Positions 13,211-27,491 of a stretch of DNA of 64,000 nt are shown here, one piece after another (within the stretch, counting starts at the first letter, position 1; each line of letters begins with the position of its first letter). Both the position numbers and the translations under genes were made by a program. Below the pieces are notes generated by a model that ran no database searches, was not told the DNA's origin, and was given only the letters and a program-made list of their open reading frames with translations. Origin of the DNA: Octopus bimaculoides (taxonomy: Eukaryota); NCBI RefSeq assembly GCF_001194135.2, contig NC_068989.1, forward strand, positions 76,968,482 to 77,032,481. Reading direction: 5' to 3'.

Positions 13211-14004
13211 TTGATACATTATGTGCATGTTTCGATTCACTTGTTCAGCGTTTGACATTGTATCAATGTTAGTATTTAATATTTTCGAGTAAGATATTTC
13301 ATTGTTTTCATTTATTCCGACCCCTTGTGTCTGTTATCAATATCTAATCTTTGTTAGTTTCTTTGATTTCGATATGTTTTTTTCTCTTCTGACTACTTGC
13401 CATATTTCTTTAAGCTTTATATGAATTCTCCGTAGAATTTGAGTTGATTCTCCCAAGAAAATATTTATTATCCCTGTAGATCATAAGATAAGACGTATAA
13501 ACCAATAACAATAATAAGAGTAATGATAAATAATTAGGTTGTGATTTCATAAAGCATCGTGTGTTTAGCTTAAAATATCACTTCTATATTACAACTGTGT
13601 GAAAAATAGTGTGAATTTCGTTGAGGATGGTTCATTCGTCGTTAACTACGGTAGAATTCTGTTGTCTGATCACCCAAACTATAACCATTAATCTAGTGTG
13701 CAATTGACTGAGTGACTTGCATATATATATATTGACCATCCTTAATGTAATTCGTACGCCGAATCATCACTGCCCAATACATGAAGTCTTTTGATATAAT
13801 TTTCGGTCACACAATTTCACTAACAAGGCGTGAATTGTTCCGAGGATGTGGTAATGTACGCTTCCCAAGATTCCAATCAGCGTGATATAATTGAGCACAT
13901 AATTGAAAAGGCTACTACTAATCCAATCTCTCTATGTTCATTGAAAATGTCATTCTGTCTGGTAAAGCTTCGTCTAACATACATTTTATGAGTATTTTAT
14001 CGTC

Positions 14005-14011
14005 ATTATTA

Positions 14012-14075
<64 letters not shown>

Positions 14076-14645
14076 GTGAGAGAGCAGTGTATGCCAGTAA
14101 GTGACACTGGAGTAAAATATACGAAGCCCAATATACCCATCATGACTACACGTCTGATAAGGGTACACCAGTCACATGCATCACAACCATATGTGTGTGA
14201 CATTGTGATCTCATATGAAGATAAACAGCGCATGACCTCGTAGGTGGGGCCCAGTTAGAATTTTCTTCAGGTCGGGTAGCCCATCCCATTCATAAGGTCC
14301 CTGAATAAAGTTTGTTTAAGGATGTTGAGCAAAACACCCAAGTTTCCAGTGGTGAATTATTCAAACCCCAAAGAATTCTTCCCAACACATGGCTCTGATG
14401 CTCCCCAACTACTTCTGCTCATGAACAGAGATGCACATATCGTCATCTACCAAGGGACATGATCTACTGGTTACGGTCAAACAACTGACAAGCAAATCTG
14501 TGATATTGAGCAGAATATTTGCTCTAGCCCATCTTTTATACAAGACAAAACAATGTACATGATAACACTTCCAATCAATTAAGATCAGAAGCCATGAGGG
14601 CCACTGCCTGGTACTACATACGGGCATGAGAACCACTGCCTGGTA
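14005..14645 (-). mobile_element. Retroposon 3' portion ending in an (AAT)n tail
   Basis: About 570 bp of complex sequence terminates in a long (AAT)n tract on the minus strand and has a short direct repeat (ccactgcctggta x2) at its other end. It is recalled as a high-copy octopus repeat; the family is not assigned. Confidence 0.6.
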
Positions 14646-14649
14646 TTAT

Positions 14650-15200
14650 TAATATTATTATTATTATTGTTGTTATTATTATAATTATTATTACTATTAT
14701 TTTATTGCCTTTGCACAGCTTCTAACGCTGGAGTTGTACTATGGTTTTAGCTGTTCACTGCCAGTAAACTAAAGTAACACCCCTTATTTTTTCAAGCAGC
14801 ATCTGAAGTATTCGAACTCCTGTTTGGATGGGTTTGAGGGAGTATCCTTCTTCTTTTGTGGCTGCAGTGGCTGCTGAATATAGTATGTCATTTAGCTCAG
14901 TAATATTGCCAGTTGTTTCTGTGGCTATTAGTTCCGTGACGGCCAGGTTTATGCTATTTATTATTGATATTGTTTTATTGTCTATTTTGATTTTTGGGAG
15001 ATATAATCGGTGGTCCATTCTGAGATCTGTGGTTTTCAGTTCTTTGATTATTCTCATTTTTATAGTATTATAATCATTAGGTTCCCCTTCACTCTTTCCA
15101 GGTTTTAGATTTGTTTCGCCTTCCTTCTCATTCACATGTTTGTCTGTCGTGTTCTGGATTGGTGCTTCTGGATTAGTATCATGGGGCGGATACCTCCTAT
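14650..15200 (-). mobile_element. Internally deleted non-LTR retrotransposon fragment, R4/Dong-like
   Basis: ORF 14755-15135 has RLYLPKIKI...INSINLAV...NITELNDILYSAATA, resembling the pre-RT region of R4/Dong ORFs (recalled similarity). It joins directly to a short 3' end with an (AAT)n tail. Confidence 0.55.
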
Positions 15201-17198
15201 GTCAGTATATGTATATATTTGCGCCCTTCTTACAGTGCCAGAAGTATTTTAACTCTTATTTCTAGCAATGTAGGTGCTATGGCACCATTAGTCATACCTA
15301 GTGACGACTCAAGCTTTCATTATGGAATCACATTGCCCCTAGCTCTTTATATTAACATTTAGTATAAACATTAGCATTTCACTAAACAATCCATAAAACG
15401 TTTATGTGAAATATATATATGCTGGGAGACAGAATTAACCGACCATGAGCCGCTAGAGCAGTCACCACTGACGATGCCTACTGTAAAGGCGAAACTATGT
15501 CTAGTCTGGTTAATCCTCGAGACGGTCATGAGGTCGTTACGTCCCCTGTCAGTATATATATCTGTGCTTGCACGCGCACACACATCCACACATATTTATA
15601 TCTATATAGAAATACATACACACATACACATATGTATATATAAACATATGCATGTGCATACTCATATATAATTTCTCGTTCCTTTCTCGTTTATTCAATT
15701 TCATATTACACTCTGTACTGAGCTAACGTATCTTTTGAATCATGTGTATATTAAGTTTTAACACAAGGTTACTACCATCACAAAAGCAGAGTGAAACATT
15801 CCAATGTATATATATATATATATATATNNNNNNNNNNNNNNNNNNNNNNNNNNNNNNNNNNNNNNNNNNNNNNNNNNNNNNNNNNNNNNNNNNNNNNNNN
15901 NNNNNNNNNNNNNNNNNNNNNNNNNNNNNNNNNNNNNNNNNNNNNNNNNNNNNNNNNNNNNNNNNNNNNNNNNNNNNNNNNNNNNNNNNNNNNNNNNNNN
16001 NNNNNNTATATATATATGCACGTATATACTCGTATATTAAGACAGCGAACCTCCAACAGCATAAGTAGTAAACATCCAATGCGCAACTTTTATCGACAGG
16101 ATGTCACATTATGATGGAATATTTTGAGCACTTTACTGTATTATAAATTCAAGGATAAATTAGACATTCTAACAAAAAACATTTTGTAAACAGGTTAAGA
16201 AATGTCAATCGGTGTTATGAAGCAGCATATCACATCATTCACAATTGTTTGTGAAGGCCTATGCTTCTGGTATTTCTTGTACACCCGTATACTTGCAATA
16301 TACTTAGTTATGTAACGGAGATGCATCAACAAAAATGATTCATAACACGTGATAAAAACGATGGGAAGTAAATATGCAAATGGAATATAATCGCTGCACG
16401 TAAACAGCATTCTTCAATGGAAAAGAACATAAACATTAAATACACTTTCTCTTTTAGATATAATGTTCGGAAAAAGATATGTACCAAACTTTTCTATTTG
16501 AATATTAATAATACTGAAATGGTAATATTAAAATGTTAACATTAGTTTTAAATTGTGGCACAAAAGCAGCAATTTCAGAGAAGAGGATATGTCAATTGCA
16601 CCGTTGCCATTATTCTGAAAGCATGAAAGTCGAAGCTGACTTCGATGGATTTCGAACCGAAGACGTAAAGGCGAATAAAATGGCGCTAACCATTTTGCAT
16701 CGCTTGCTAAGGATTCCTCCAGCACATGACCTTAGACAAAAATAATATCAAAATTCAGAATAAAAGATACCTAACCAAAAGTTGAAATATTGCAAACCGC
16801 AATATGTAATGAGAGACAATGTACTTCAATTCACTCTCCTTGTATCTTTCTCTCTGTGTGTGTGTGTGTGTGTGTATGTGTATAAATCTACACACATATA
16901 NNNNNNNNNNNNNNNNNNNNNNNNNNNNNNNNNNNNNNNNNNNNNNNNNNNNNNNNNNNNNNNNNNNNNNNNNNNNNNNNNNNNNNNNNNNNNNNNNNNN
17001 NNNNNNNNNNNNNNNNNNNNNNNNNNNNNNNNNNNNNNNNNNNNNNNNNNNNNNNNNNNNNNNNNNNNNNNNNNNNNNNNNNNNNNNNNNNNNNNNNNNN
17101 NNNNNNNNNNNNNNNNNNNNNNNNNNNNNNNNNNNNNNNNNNNNNNNNNNNNNNNNNNNNNNNNNNNNNNNNNNNNNNNNNNNNNNNNNNNNNNNNNN

Positions 17199-17253
<55 letters not shown>

Positions 17254-17426
17254 AATATCAGTGTGTGTGTCTGTGTGAGTGTGTTTGTGTATATTATGTT
17301 ATATTATATTAGTTGACATATCTTGTGACTGCTTTCGTATATCATTCATAATGTCTTTAAGTCAATATCCGGGGACAGCAAGTGAATTGAAATATAATGA
17401 AAAACACAATCAGAAAGCTTAATATA

Positions 17427-17942
17427 CGAGGGTTAGTCAAAACGTAATGCCACTTTTTTAAGGACAGGTATAATTACCAACACAGGCACATGTATCGTAA
17501 ATCAAAATGAAGCTGGTCCTCTGCGGATCACATCCCTTCTTCTCAACATAGTCACTGTTTCTCTCAATAGCAATGTTCCACTTTCGAATGAGAGCATGCA
17601 TCCCTGCCCCGTAAAATTCTGTTAACTGTTCTTTGAGCCACTTCAGATTTAGCACCTTCAGATTATCTTCCCTTCGGTCCCATTAAAGAGGGTTTGAGAG
17701 GCAAACATTATTCCAGTGACGAGGAAGTGAAAACTGTAGTGAAGTAGTGCCTCAAAGAACAGTCAATAGAATTTTACGGGGCAGGGATACATGCTCTCAT
17801 TCGAAGGTGAAACATTGCTATTGAGAGAAATGGTGACAATGGAAACAGAGGACCAGCTTCGTTTTGATGTATGATACATGTTCCTGTGTTGATAATTATA
17901 TCTCTCCTAAACACAATGGGATTACTTTTTGATTCACCCTCG
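17427..17942. mobile_element. Non-autonomous mariner made of two inverted 3' ends (fold-back MITE)
   Basis: TA|cgagggttagtcaaaacgtaat ... attactttttgattcaccctcg|TA. Both arms encode the transposase C-terminus (EFYGAGxHALIRxxNIAIERN) on opposite strands, and the spacer has DLAPSDY. Confidence 0.93.
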
Positions 17943-19130
17943 TATGTGTATAGCTGAATACTAAATATTATGATTACATTTTTCTATGTTATATGAGAGT
18001 ACATTCTAAAAGCGTATAAATACTACGACTAGTAATAAATAATGAAAAGAAAAACACTTATACTCAACGTGATTTCATAACTAATTTTTTAAATTTTAGG
18101 CATAATTTTGCTTACTAAAACCCTATAAAAGTATGATTATTTAGACAAAAATTATCTGCAAGTATACGTATTGGTGTTGAAACGGTGTGCTTTGCTTCAC
18201 ATATTTCTGAGGCAGTTTTATAAGTATATTTAAATGCCTTACTAGTTAACTATCTACATATTCTTCATCAGATTTTAAAAAGCCTCAGCAACAAAACTCA
18301 AATATTGTTGAAGTAAAAATTTAAGTACGAACAACCATGACGAGTATGACATAAAAAGCTCCAAAAAATTCATTTCCTGTATCTAATCACACACTGATTA
18401 AAGGTTTAACATTACCTGTCTAATATAGACTATTCTGTTCGATTGTATGCATCTTGGTAACTGAAATAACTCCAGTCTACGCAAATTTACTTAAACAATA
18501 TTTGGAAATTTAAATGCATCGAGAATCGCATCGAAATTACAGTAACTTTGTCAATATCTGAAAGAAAACTTGGAGATGTAGCGATTTAAGGACAATTACT
18601 TTATTGTGTGGAAAGAAAACATAGAGAAAAGAAAGTAATTTGAAATATTAATTTATGGAATTAATAATAATATTTAATTCCTAATAGAATAGAAAAAAAT
18701 ATTTATTAAAGACAATCATATTGAAACACACACATATTACACTTACAGTATTCGCCTTCAGGAATCCTGATCTATGTTCATGGAGAGATTCTATGTCCCT
18801 ATTGATAATACGATACAACGATAAGAAAGCTTATACTAAATGAGAAAATATCCGAAAATATATCAGAATTGAGCGTGTTGTCATAAGTTAAGCTCGCCGC
18901 TTTAATAAGTCAAGCAAATTTTAAAATACATTCTCCAATGCAAATTATAGTGAAAGAACATCTAGCAACAGTGTTTCAATAAAGAATTTACAATCATAGA
19001 CAAAAGTTAATTGTATTTAAATATGTATAGTTATGCAAAGAATAGACATTTAATTAATTGATGTTTATATCTATTATCAATATTTATTTCAAATTCTGGC
19101 ACAAGGCTAGAAATAATGAGGTAGTGGAAA

Positions 19131-19300
19131 GGCGACGAGCTGGCAGAATCGTTAGAGCGCCGGGCGAAATACTTAGCGGTATTTCGTCTGCCGTTACTTT
19201 CTGTGTTCAAATTCCGCCGAAGTTTACTTCGCCTTTTATCCTTTCGGCGTCGATTACATAAGTACCAGTTACGCACTAAGGTCGATGTGATCGACTTTAT
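19131..19300 (+). mobile_element. tRNA-SINE family A, near full length
   Basis: Head ggcgacgagctggcagaatcgttag (A-box-like), gttcaaattcc (B-box-like), followed by the family body. Confidence 0.9.
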
Positions 19301-19511
19301 GAGGTAGTTGGGGAGTCGAATACATCGATCCCTGTACTCATGGTACTTATTTTATAAGCANNNNNNNNNNNNNNNNNNNNNNNNNNNNNNNNNNNNNNNN
19401 NNNNNNNNNNNNNNNNNNNNNNNNNNNNNNNNNNNNNNNNNNNNNNNNNNNNNNNNNNNNNNNNNNNNNNNNNNNNNNNNNNNNNNNNNNNNNNNNNNNN
19501 NNGGGGGGGGG

Positions 19512-19690
19512 TACTTAGCGGCATATCGTCCGACATTGCAGATGAAATGAGTTCAAATTCCTCCGAGGACAACTTTGGTTTTCATCCTTTCTGGGTCGAT
19601 AAAATTTGTACCAGTCGATTACTGTTGTTGATGTAATTGACTTACCCTTCACCTGAAATTGCTGGCCTTGTGCCAAAATTCGAAACCATT
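19512..19690 (+). mobile_element. tRNA-SINE family A
   Basis: gagttcaaattcc B-box, ttttcatcctttctgggtcgataaa, tail ggccttgtgccaaaattcgaaacc. Confidence 0.85.
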
Positions 19691-20021
19691 ATTAACTGAG
19701 CGGTGTGAAGTATATTTCGTTGCTTGTTTTGTTAATAGCGTTCGGCTGTATATCCCCTGTTGCGCACAAAAACATCTACTAATAAAATTAATAACCTTAA
19801 ACAGAATTGTTAATTACAGTAATGATTCTCTAAAGAGAATAAAGACATTTGCATAAATGAACATTCTGTTTTAATCAGAAAATTTTATCGGAACGATTTC
19901 AGTGAATTTCATCTATATATTGAATATAACATACTAGTGGAAAATTACTAATTTACACACACATAAACACTCACGCACAACTCTCTCCCTCTTATTCTCT
20001 CTCTCTCTCTCTCCCTCTTAT

Positions 20022-20061
<40 letters not shown>

Positions 20062-20510
20062 ACACACAGATTGACAGACACCTCCCACACACATACAAAC
20101 GCGGATGTATATACAGGTGGTTCCCTTTGGCAATGGCCGTTAAAACATGGGAGATAACCATTCCTTCGCAACAACAGACGGGATAATAAATCTGAATTTG
20201 AAATGTAAGAAAACAAGACATATAACATATTGTGATGACAAAGGAATAAATAATTAACTCATGAACTTCATTAGCTTACAGCTGTTTCTGCTGTAGGATG
20301 AAATGCACTCATAATTGAGTACCTAAGCATCACCTTATAGTTGTAAGCTAATGAGTTTAATAAGATAATTAAATATTCCTTTGTCATCTCAATCTTAGTG
20401 CAGCTGTGTACTCGACTGAGCTTCACTCTAAAGCATATGTATCTTGATTCCTATTACAAGGTTATTATTATCGCAATGCATATGCAAAATATGAATATCA
20501 ATGACAATAC

Positions 20511-20591
<81 letters not shown>

Positions 20592-20760
20592 TGTGTGTGT
20601 GTGCGTGTGCGTGTGTCTATGTGTGTGTGTGTCTGTGCGGTCCTCCTGCATAGCCACGGCTTTAATCTCAAACATGTAAAAGCATAAAAGAACACACGCA
20701 CGCACACACATACATACATAAACACATATACATGCACATCTGAATACGGATGTATTTCAG

Positions 20761-20833
20761 AGAATCTGGTGTTAGACACTGCTTCCAGAGTGTCAGCTAT
20801 TCTCCACTCCGTTGCATTATATACAGATGGGAT
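20761..20833 (+). CDS. Candidate exon (NLVLDTASRVSAILHSVALYTDG in one of two open frames)
   Basis: gtatttcag| acceptor, GAT|gtaagt donor, non-repetitive sequence between microsatellites. Confidence 0.33.
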
Positions 20834-21084
20834 GTAAGTATGCTTATTTTCATATTTTATCTCTGCCATGGTTGAAAGAAGACAATGCACAATATTGTGA
20901 GATACTCCCAGTTCCGATAAAATATCTATCTATACATACCTACATACGTACATCTGTACACACACAATCACACCCACACATACTGTATCCACGTAAGACA
21001 ATGATCTACATTTGACGATACTGAGTAGGTCTAATCCACTGAAAAATTCTTGAAAATAACAACATGGTCAATATAGAGCTTTAC

Positions 21085-21535
21085 TTTCAGGGATATACAG
21101 ACTCGAGGAGGCAATGTAGTTGAAACGACCCGACAGACGACGTGCTGTTGCAATATGACAACACTAGCTCCGCGTCACAAATTTCAGCACGATGCTGAAA
21201 ATGCTGATTAGCAAATCAAGGGCTCGGTTGGGAAGTTCTGCAGCATCCACTGTATACTCCTGATAAAGGGGCTTTAGTTTGTCATTTCTTTCTCACTTTC
21301 CAACGGACTGAGAGGCGTTTCATTCAGCAACAATATGGATCTGAAAGCATAGCTAGATAAATTCTTCCAAACAAGACCAAGTGATTTATTCCATCAAATT
21401 ACAGACAAGCTAGTCAAATGCTGTCAGGGAGTCCTGAACAAAGAAGGGGAATACATTATTGGTTAGACCATTGGTGAAAATTAAAGATTAAAATAAATCG
21501 AAAAATAGGCAAACAAATTATCTGAAAAACTCATA
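21085..21535 (+). mobile_element. Degenerate mariner transposase C-terminal fragment
   Basis: LGWEVLQHPLYTPD motif followed by a frameshifted C-terminus ending VLNKEGEYIIG*. Confidence 0.88.
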
Positions 21536-21643
21536 TAAGCGAAAATACACGCACAAAAATACAATCACACACAAACAAATACACACACACAAACAATACA
21601 CACACATATACAAACATCTACATATACAAACATACACACACAC

Positions 21644-21680
<37 letters not shown>

Positions 21681-22105
21681 TATATATAGATATATATATA
21701 CACATATATATACACATGCCCCCACGCACGCAAACATATATGCACAAAAGCACGTGCACACGTGACCGCTGACATGATCATACGCATAGCTATAACAATA
21801 TTTTTTTTTTGTTAGCAAGCAATTAGATTGCGAAAGATTCGGAAATGTTCTGACAACCGAATATAATTATTTAATTTTAAGGTATATATAGTAATTCATA
21901 TTTAAATTTGCAGAAACGTCTATACGATTACTGCAATTTTCGATTCAATTACAAGGCGAATTGTTAACTTCAAGAAATGTGTATTCGACTGCATATAGAC
22001 AAACGCATATGCTTGTAGACAATATGTACGTAAGCACATTTTTATCTTTTTATGTGAGTCTTCATGTGTATGTGTATGTCTGTGTATGTCTGTGTATGTT
22101 TGTGT

Positions 22106-22250
22106 ATGTCTGCTCGTGGCCTCGTGGCTGTGCAGTAAGTAGCTTGCTTTGCAACCACATTATTCCGGGTTCAGTTTCACTTAGAGGTAACTCCGGCAAG
22201 TGTCTTCTACTATAGCTACAGGCCGACCAAAGCCTTGTAAGTGGATTTTC
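22106..22250 (+). mobile_element. tRNA-SINE family B, 5' half
   Basis: gtggctgtgcagtaagtagc head, ccgggttcagt B-box-like, caagtgtcttctactatagc...ccaaagccttgtaagtggattt. Confidence 0.85.
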
Positions 22251-22314
<64 letters not shown>

Positions 22315-23303
22315 ACCAGGTAGCATTTTCAATCCCTGACTTCATTTACAGAATTTTGTTAATTATTTTCTGCATCGTAACTTATTTTATAAATATCAAT
22401 AATCACGTTATCATTGCCATACATGCCACTACAATTCAAGATCGATGTATTTTAAAAGCTGTCGCTTTTATTTCGAATGCTACGTTGGTAAGAAGAGGCT
22501 TAAATGATGTCCAGTCTTGTTTTCTTCACCTCTATAATCTAGACAAGAATATTCTTTTGTGGTTAGATGAATGCCACTTACTCTGTTTATATTAACTAAA
22601 AAATTGACGATATATCCTTGTGATACATTCTCCAGCTGAATATTATTTTAAGGATAAAATTACAACGTGTAATTGTATTTTCCTAAAACGTTCATCTAAA
22701 CTTTTCACTGACAGCATTTTTAATGATATAATCAACTACACCGATAGAATTATATTTCATTTTCTAAATATTATTTGCTTCAAAATTTCTAGTGGATGTA
22801 ATTTTTTCGCTTCTGTACTATATTTTAAATTTTGTTTCGTTGATATTTTGTCATTATAAGAAGACTAGCTGCTGAGAGGTTACGCAGTATGCCGTTGTAA
22901 CGAAAGAACTATTAGTTGAGGCGATATGTTAATTTATTTATTTCATTATATCTTTAGTTTTGGAAATATTTTTGTTATTTTCATACGTATTCATCGAAAA
23001 CAAGTAAGGTGAATTATTCTAAAAGCAAAGTAATTTAATTGTGTTAAGAATGTTACAGTATAGTTTTTATTCTTATCATAATAATAAGAAAAGTCATAAA
23101 TACGTGCATGGATACGGAATCAGAAATTTAGAAAAAGATACTATATCTTAATCGCTCGAAACTGTTCAAATAACAAAAATATCACTATAAATTCATTTGA
23201 AACTTCAAATCATTCCATTGCTGGTCTTCATGGAATACTTTGGTGTAGAAATGATTTTAAAAAGGAGAACGTCTATTTATACATATGTATGTAGGTATTA
23301 TGC

Positions 23304-23344
<41 letters not shown>

Positions 23345-23398
23345 NNNNNNNNNNNNNNNNNNNNNNNNNNNNNNNNNNATATATGTGTGTGTGTGTGT

Positions 23399-23434
<36 letters not shown>

Positions 23435-25109
23435 ATGTGTGTGTGTGTAAGTTTATGTGCAATTATATATTGGTGTGAATGTGTATATTTCTTATTGGAT
23501 AGGTGGAAATTACGGATCTTGAATCATATATAATATTTAGTATATGATATATAATATATACATACATATGTGTATTTGTTTACTTGGTTGTGTCGGTCGG
23601 TGTTCAACACTGTATGTTCAGTGTTGGAAGACATTTCAGTATAGGTCAGATTTAATAGGGCTTAGAGAAGGAAAATGCAACAACCATGGTAATTACAAAA
23701 TATATTTCATGCTCTCTTTCATTGTATAGCCCACTCCCGAATCGATGTTGATTTCCATAAGTGAGATACTCAAATATTGCCAGTACCCAATACTCTTCAG
23801 ATGCTAATCAGTACGAAAAGGACGTTGGTAAAATTTGTTTATATAATATAGTCCTAGATAGAAAATATTGAATTATGCAATACAATAGAAGATAGGTACA
23901 GGAACAGCATGATTAATGAAGCAAAACAAGCCAAAAAAAGAGGCAAACGAAATTCGCTTAAGAGTTATAGAAAATGTTTTACTCATTAGCATATATGTTT
24001 TGAACATATAAATATTTATTGAAAAGAAGGAAGAAAAAAAAAACTTCAGTTCATCATAGATAGCATTAATGAATCTCTGTCCTCTTGGCACATATTAATA
24101 TTCAGCTGGCCATTATGTTAGTTTTTTTTTGTAGCCGTGTTATTAGTCTGAGTTTTTAAATAAATATAGAAAATTATCTTTTTAAATTTATATAATATAT
24201 GATATCTTTTGTTATGTTTAGACGTCTGTCTGGCTATAATTGTATTTCTTCAATTGTGTTTGCGATAATATGTAGATGTATATGTATGGTATTCTACACT
24301 GACAAATATGTTATTCTGTGCGTTTACACGTATGCCACAGTTGTTGATGTAGTAATTGTTTACTGCTAGAATATGGTTTGTCAAAAAGACGTATTATCAA
24401 TTGTCGAGCTACATCCTTCAACTAGTTATAATGTCCTCAGTATTGCATTACCTATTGTATACGAACTAAAACTATAGGATGTTATCTGAGACAGATTCAG
24501 TTGTTATTTACAGCAAGTTGGTACAGATCATTCAGGCTGTATCATTGGTTATGACATAAAATTGAAATCAATTCCACAGAATATTGTGTCTTTTATTTAC
24601 TTATAACACACACACATACACACACATACATGCATACACACGTCAACATAAACACTTACATACGTATATATACGTATACTTATAATATATATATTTAAGT
24701 ATATATAGATGTGTGTGACTACATGTGTGTGAAATGAGGCTTTTATCTATTTAATTTAGGCATGTGTAGCTTTCCTCTAGAGAGTGAAATTCTGTCCATT
24801 GGCCATTTACGATATACGGTGGAAATTATATTATTTTTCCGACAAGACAAATCTTTCTCGTACTTTGTATATAAAAAAATGTGTACGCTAATTCAATATT
24901 TAGTTAATTGATTAGAAAAGCTCGATTAATATACAATTTAAAAAGCTGCAAGAAAATTGAAATGAAAATGTCATTTCCATAATTATCGACAAAATATTTA
25001 GTGAAAATATCATTATTGAATACTAATATTTCCGAAATGCGGTTGGGTGTGTATGTTGTGTTTGCATTCCTTGTACTTATTCCATCGGCCTCTTTAGCAG
25101 ACATTTTTG

Positions 25110-25285
25110 TAGAGCTGCTAGGTAATCATGCCAACGCTGGTTGGCAAGTGGTGGTGTGGGACACACACACCCACACACACACATATATATATACTTGCCC
25201 AAGGTGCGACGCTCTAGGACTGAACTCAAAATAATGTCTTTGAGGAGCTAACTTCTTGCCACACAACCATATCGGCTTATACCAA
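25110..25285 (-). mobile_element. tRNA-SINE family B, internally deleted
   Basis: cttgcccaaggtgc...ggactgaac...ccacacaacc matches the family head on the minus strand. Confidence 0.75.
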
Positions 25286-26249
25286 GCAGCAAATGCTGTT
25301 AACATATAAACGTTCTTCAAAGTTTGCTATATTAACTGACTGGAGTTTATTACCTGCTAGTTTACGTGCAGCGGAATTTTAGCCTGCAGAGCAGTGGTAA
25401 TTAGTAATTAGCACATGTTGAACTATACACAAGTTTATGCGATAGTCCATACGCAAGTAAATCAAATGTTTGGACCACTTTATAATTAGAAGCTTAAAAA
25501 CTTCTATATATAAATAATTAGATATACGATAACAGAGATTCCCGATAGTTTTATGATTAAGAGCAGTACTAAATTATATTTAAAGCTTTAATGTGAATTT
25601 TTCTTCTCTCTGCTGAATATTCCCGTCATGTTTTACATTACATGCTTTCGTTCACGAGGGCCATTTTTGTAAATTTACTATTGAGTGTTACTTTTGTACA
25701 AACTAGTGAACAATTAAACAATGTTCTTACTTTCTCTATCATAACTACATTCCGTGTGCAACTGGGTATTATTGTGAAAGACGTCTGCATAACCTAGCTG
25801 CTAAAGATGTAATTGTAGACGTTTAGAGCAGTTAAAATAACCTCAGACAAAACACACTTTAATTGCATATATCTTTCCTTCTCTGTGGTTCTCTATCTGA
25901 TTTTTGCTGGCAAGTATGATTCAAGGAAAACTCATTACGGTGGATATAAGCATAATGTTAGTAACTCTGTAGTAATTAGCAGTTCAATGGTGGGGATATC
26001 CATCATGTTAATTATTCAGCTAACTGGAACTCACATCTCTGATTAACATAGAGAATAACTACAATACTAATTGCAAATTGATTTCTCAAAAACCTTAAGT
26101 GCTGATAGAGATACATTCTATTTGATTATGAACGCAAATATATGCGATTGTCTACAAGCACTTTTGCTAGATGGGGTCAAAGTTTCATTCATACTGTTTG
26201 GTTAATTTATCTTACTTCAGTTTTGGTTTATATCTTTTGGTTATATGTA

Positions 26250-26707
26250 CAGGGGTTGCACAAAATAATCGAAACACCTAGCATCATGGCATAATAATTT
26301 TGAAATATCTATAAATCCGTCAAATCTTGTTAAATTTTGTGTTTTTTATTTATTATTAGTGTTACTTAATATGCTTTGCTAAAATTGCTGTTTCTTTTCA
26401 GATATCATCAGGGATAGGTAATTAAAATTCATTAAAATGAGAGATCTATCAGACTTTCAAAGAGGTCAAATTGTTAGTGCTCGTATGGCAGGCACTAGCG
26501 TAACGAAAACAGCCGAAATGATTGGTGTATCAAGAGACTGTTTTAGATGAAGAATGGAAAAAATTTCTTTGGAAACATTTCAAACTTCGTACGAGTCCAT
26601 ACCTCGTAGAGTTCAAGCTGTAATTACTGCCAAAGGCGGTCCTACCGCATATTAAAATAAATTTGTTTGAAATTTTAAGGTGTTTTCATTATTTTGTCCA
26701 AGCCTTG
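26250..26707 (+). mobile_element. Internally deleted Tc1-like element with TIRs and TA target duplication
   Basis: TA|caggggttgcacaaaataatcgaaacacct ... aggtgttttcattattttgtccaagccttg|TA. MRDLSDFQRGQIVSARMAGTSVTKTAEMIGVSR is fused out of frame to EEWKKISLETFQTSYESIPRRVQAVITAKGGPTAY*. Confidence 0.93.
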
Positions 26708-27419
26708 TATATACGCATAACAATATGATATAATGTACATATATGATATACGTTTAAGCTACAATTTTATTAGATATAAAGCTATATATGCTAATCAGTG
26801 TCTGCAGTAAAAATTATATTTCATTACAATCAATGCTTTCTTTCTGGAAAGATCGAAAAATCCATATAAAACGTATAAAATAGACTTTACTTTTTTATCA
26901 ATGATTTATTAATATTTTCCTATGAGTATTAATTTTCATGATTAATAAAATTAATAGAACAGACAATATACGTTATTTCTCTATATGATAGCTCTGTAAA
27001 GATGTTCGCAAACAAATATAACAAAAATCATAATTAAAGCTGCTGATTGAAAATATTTGAAATATAACGGTGTAAAAATGTGTAAAAAGAAGATCAATAG
27101 TTTGGAATAATATGTGGCATACCTAATACCTAATATCTAAATTTAAGAACAGGGAAATTCAAACCTGTAACTTTTAAAAATACATCGCAAAGAAATGCCC
27201 CGAATAATACAATTTGAAGTATAATATATAAAATATAAGAATTGTACTTTTGTTTCTCAAGTTATATATTCCTTACACTAGTCGGTTTGCAATTTTACCT
27301 CAAAACTAACTCTCCTATATACTTTCCTGCTTCGGTAGTATACTTTATTTCTCCATATCTATCTATCTATCTGTCTGTCTGTCTGTCTGTCTGTCTGTAT
27401 GTCTGTCTGTCTGTCTGTC

Positions 27420-27490
<71 letters not shown>

Positions 27491-27491
<1 letters not shown>

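Noticed and set aside
13690-13800. Minus-strand string RRTNYIKDGQYIYMQV resembling a MATH-domain end
   Set aside because: It is flanked by in-frame stops, has no usable splice sites and overlaps a short (TA)n run.
16195-16410. Minus-strand ORF resembling GPCR TM5-TM6 (AYLLPIVFITCY)
   Set aside because: It is 71 aa bounded by stops, with no DRY, CWxP or NPxxY motif nearby. Hydrophobic translations are common in AT-rich DNA.
25354-25383. 30-nt minus-strand segment with excellent acceptor and donor
   Set aside because: It has stops in all three frames. It could be a UTR or lncRNA exon, but it also shows that strong splice-signal pairs arise by chance.
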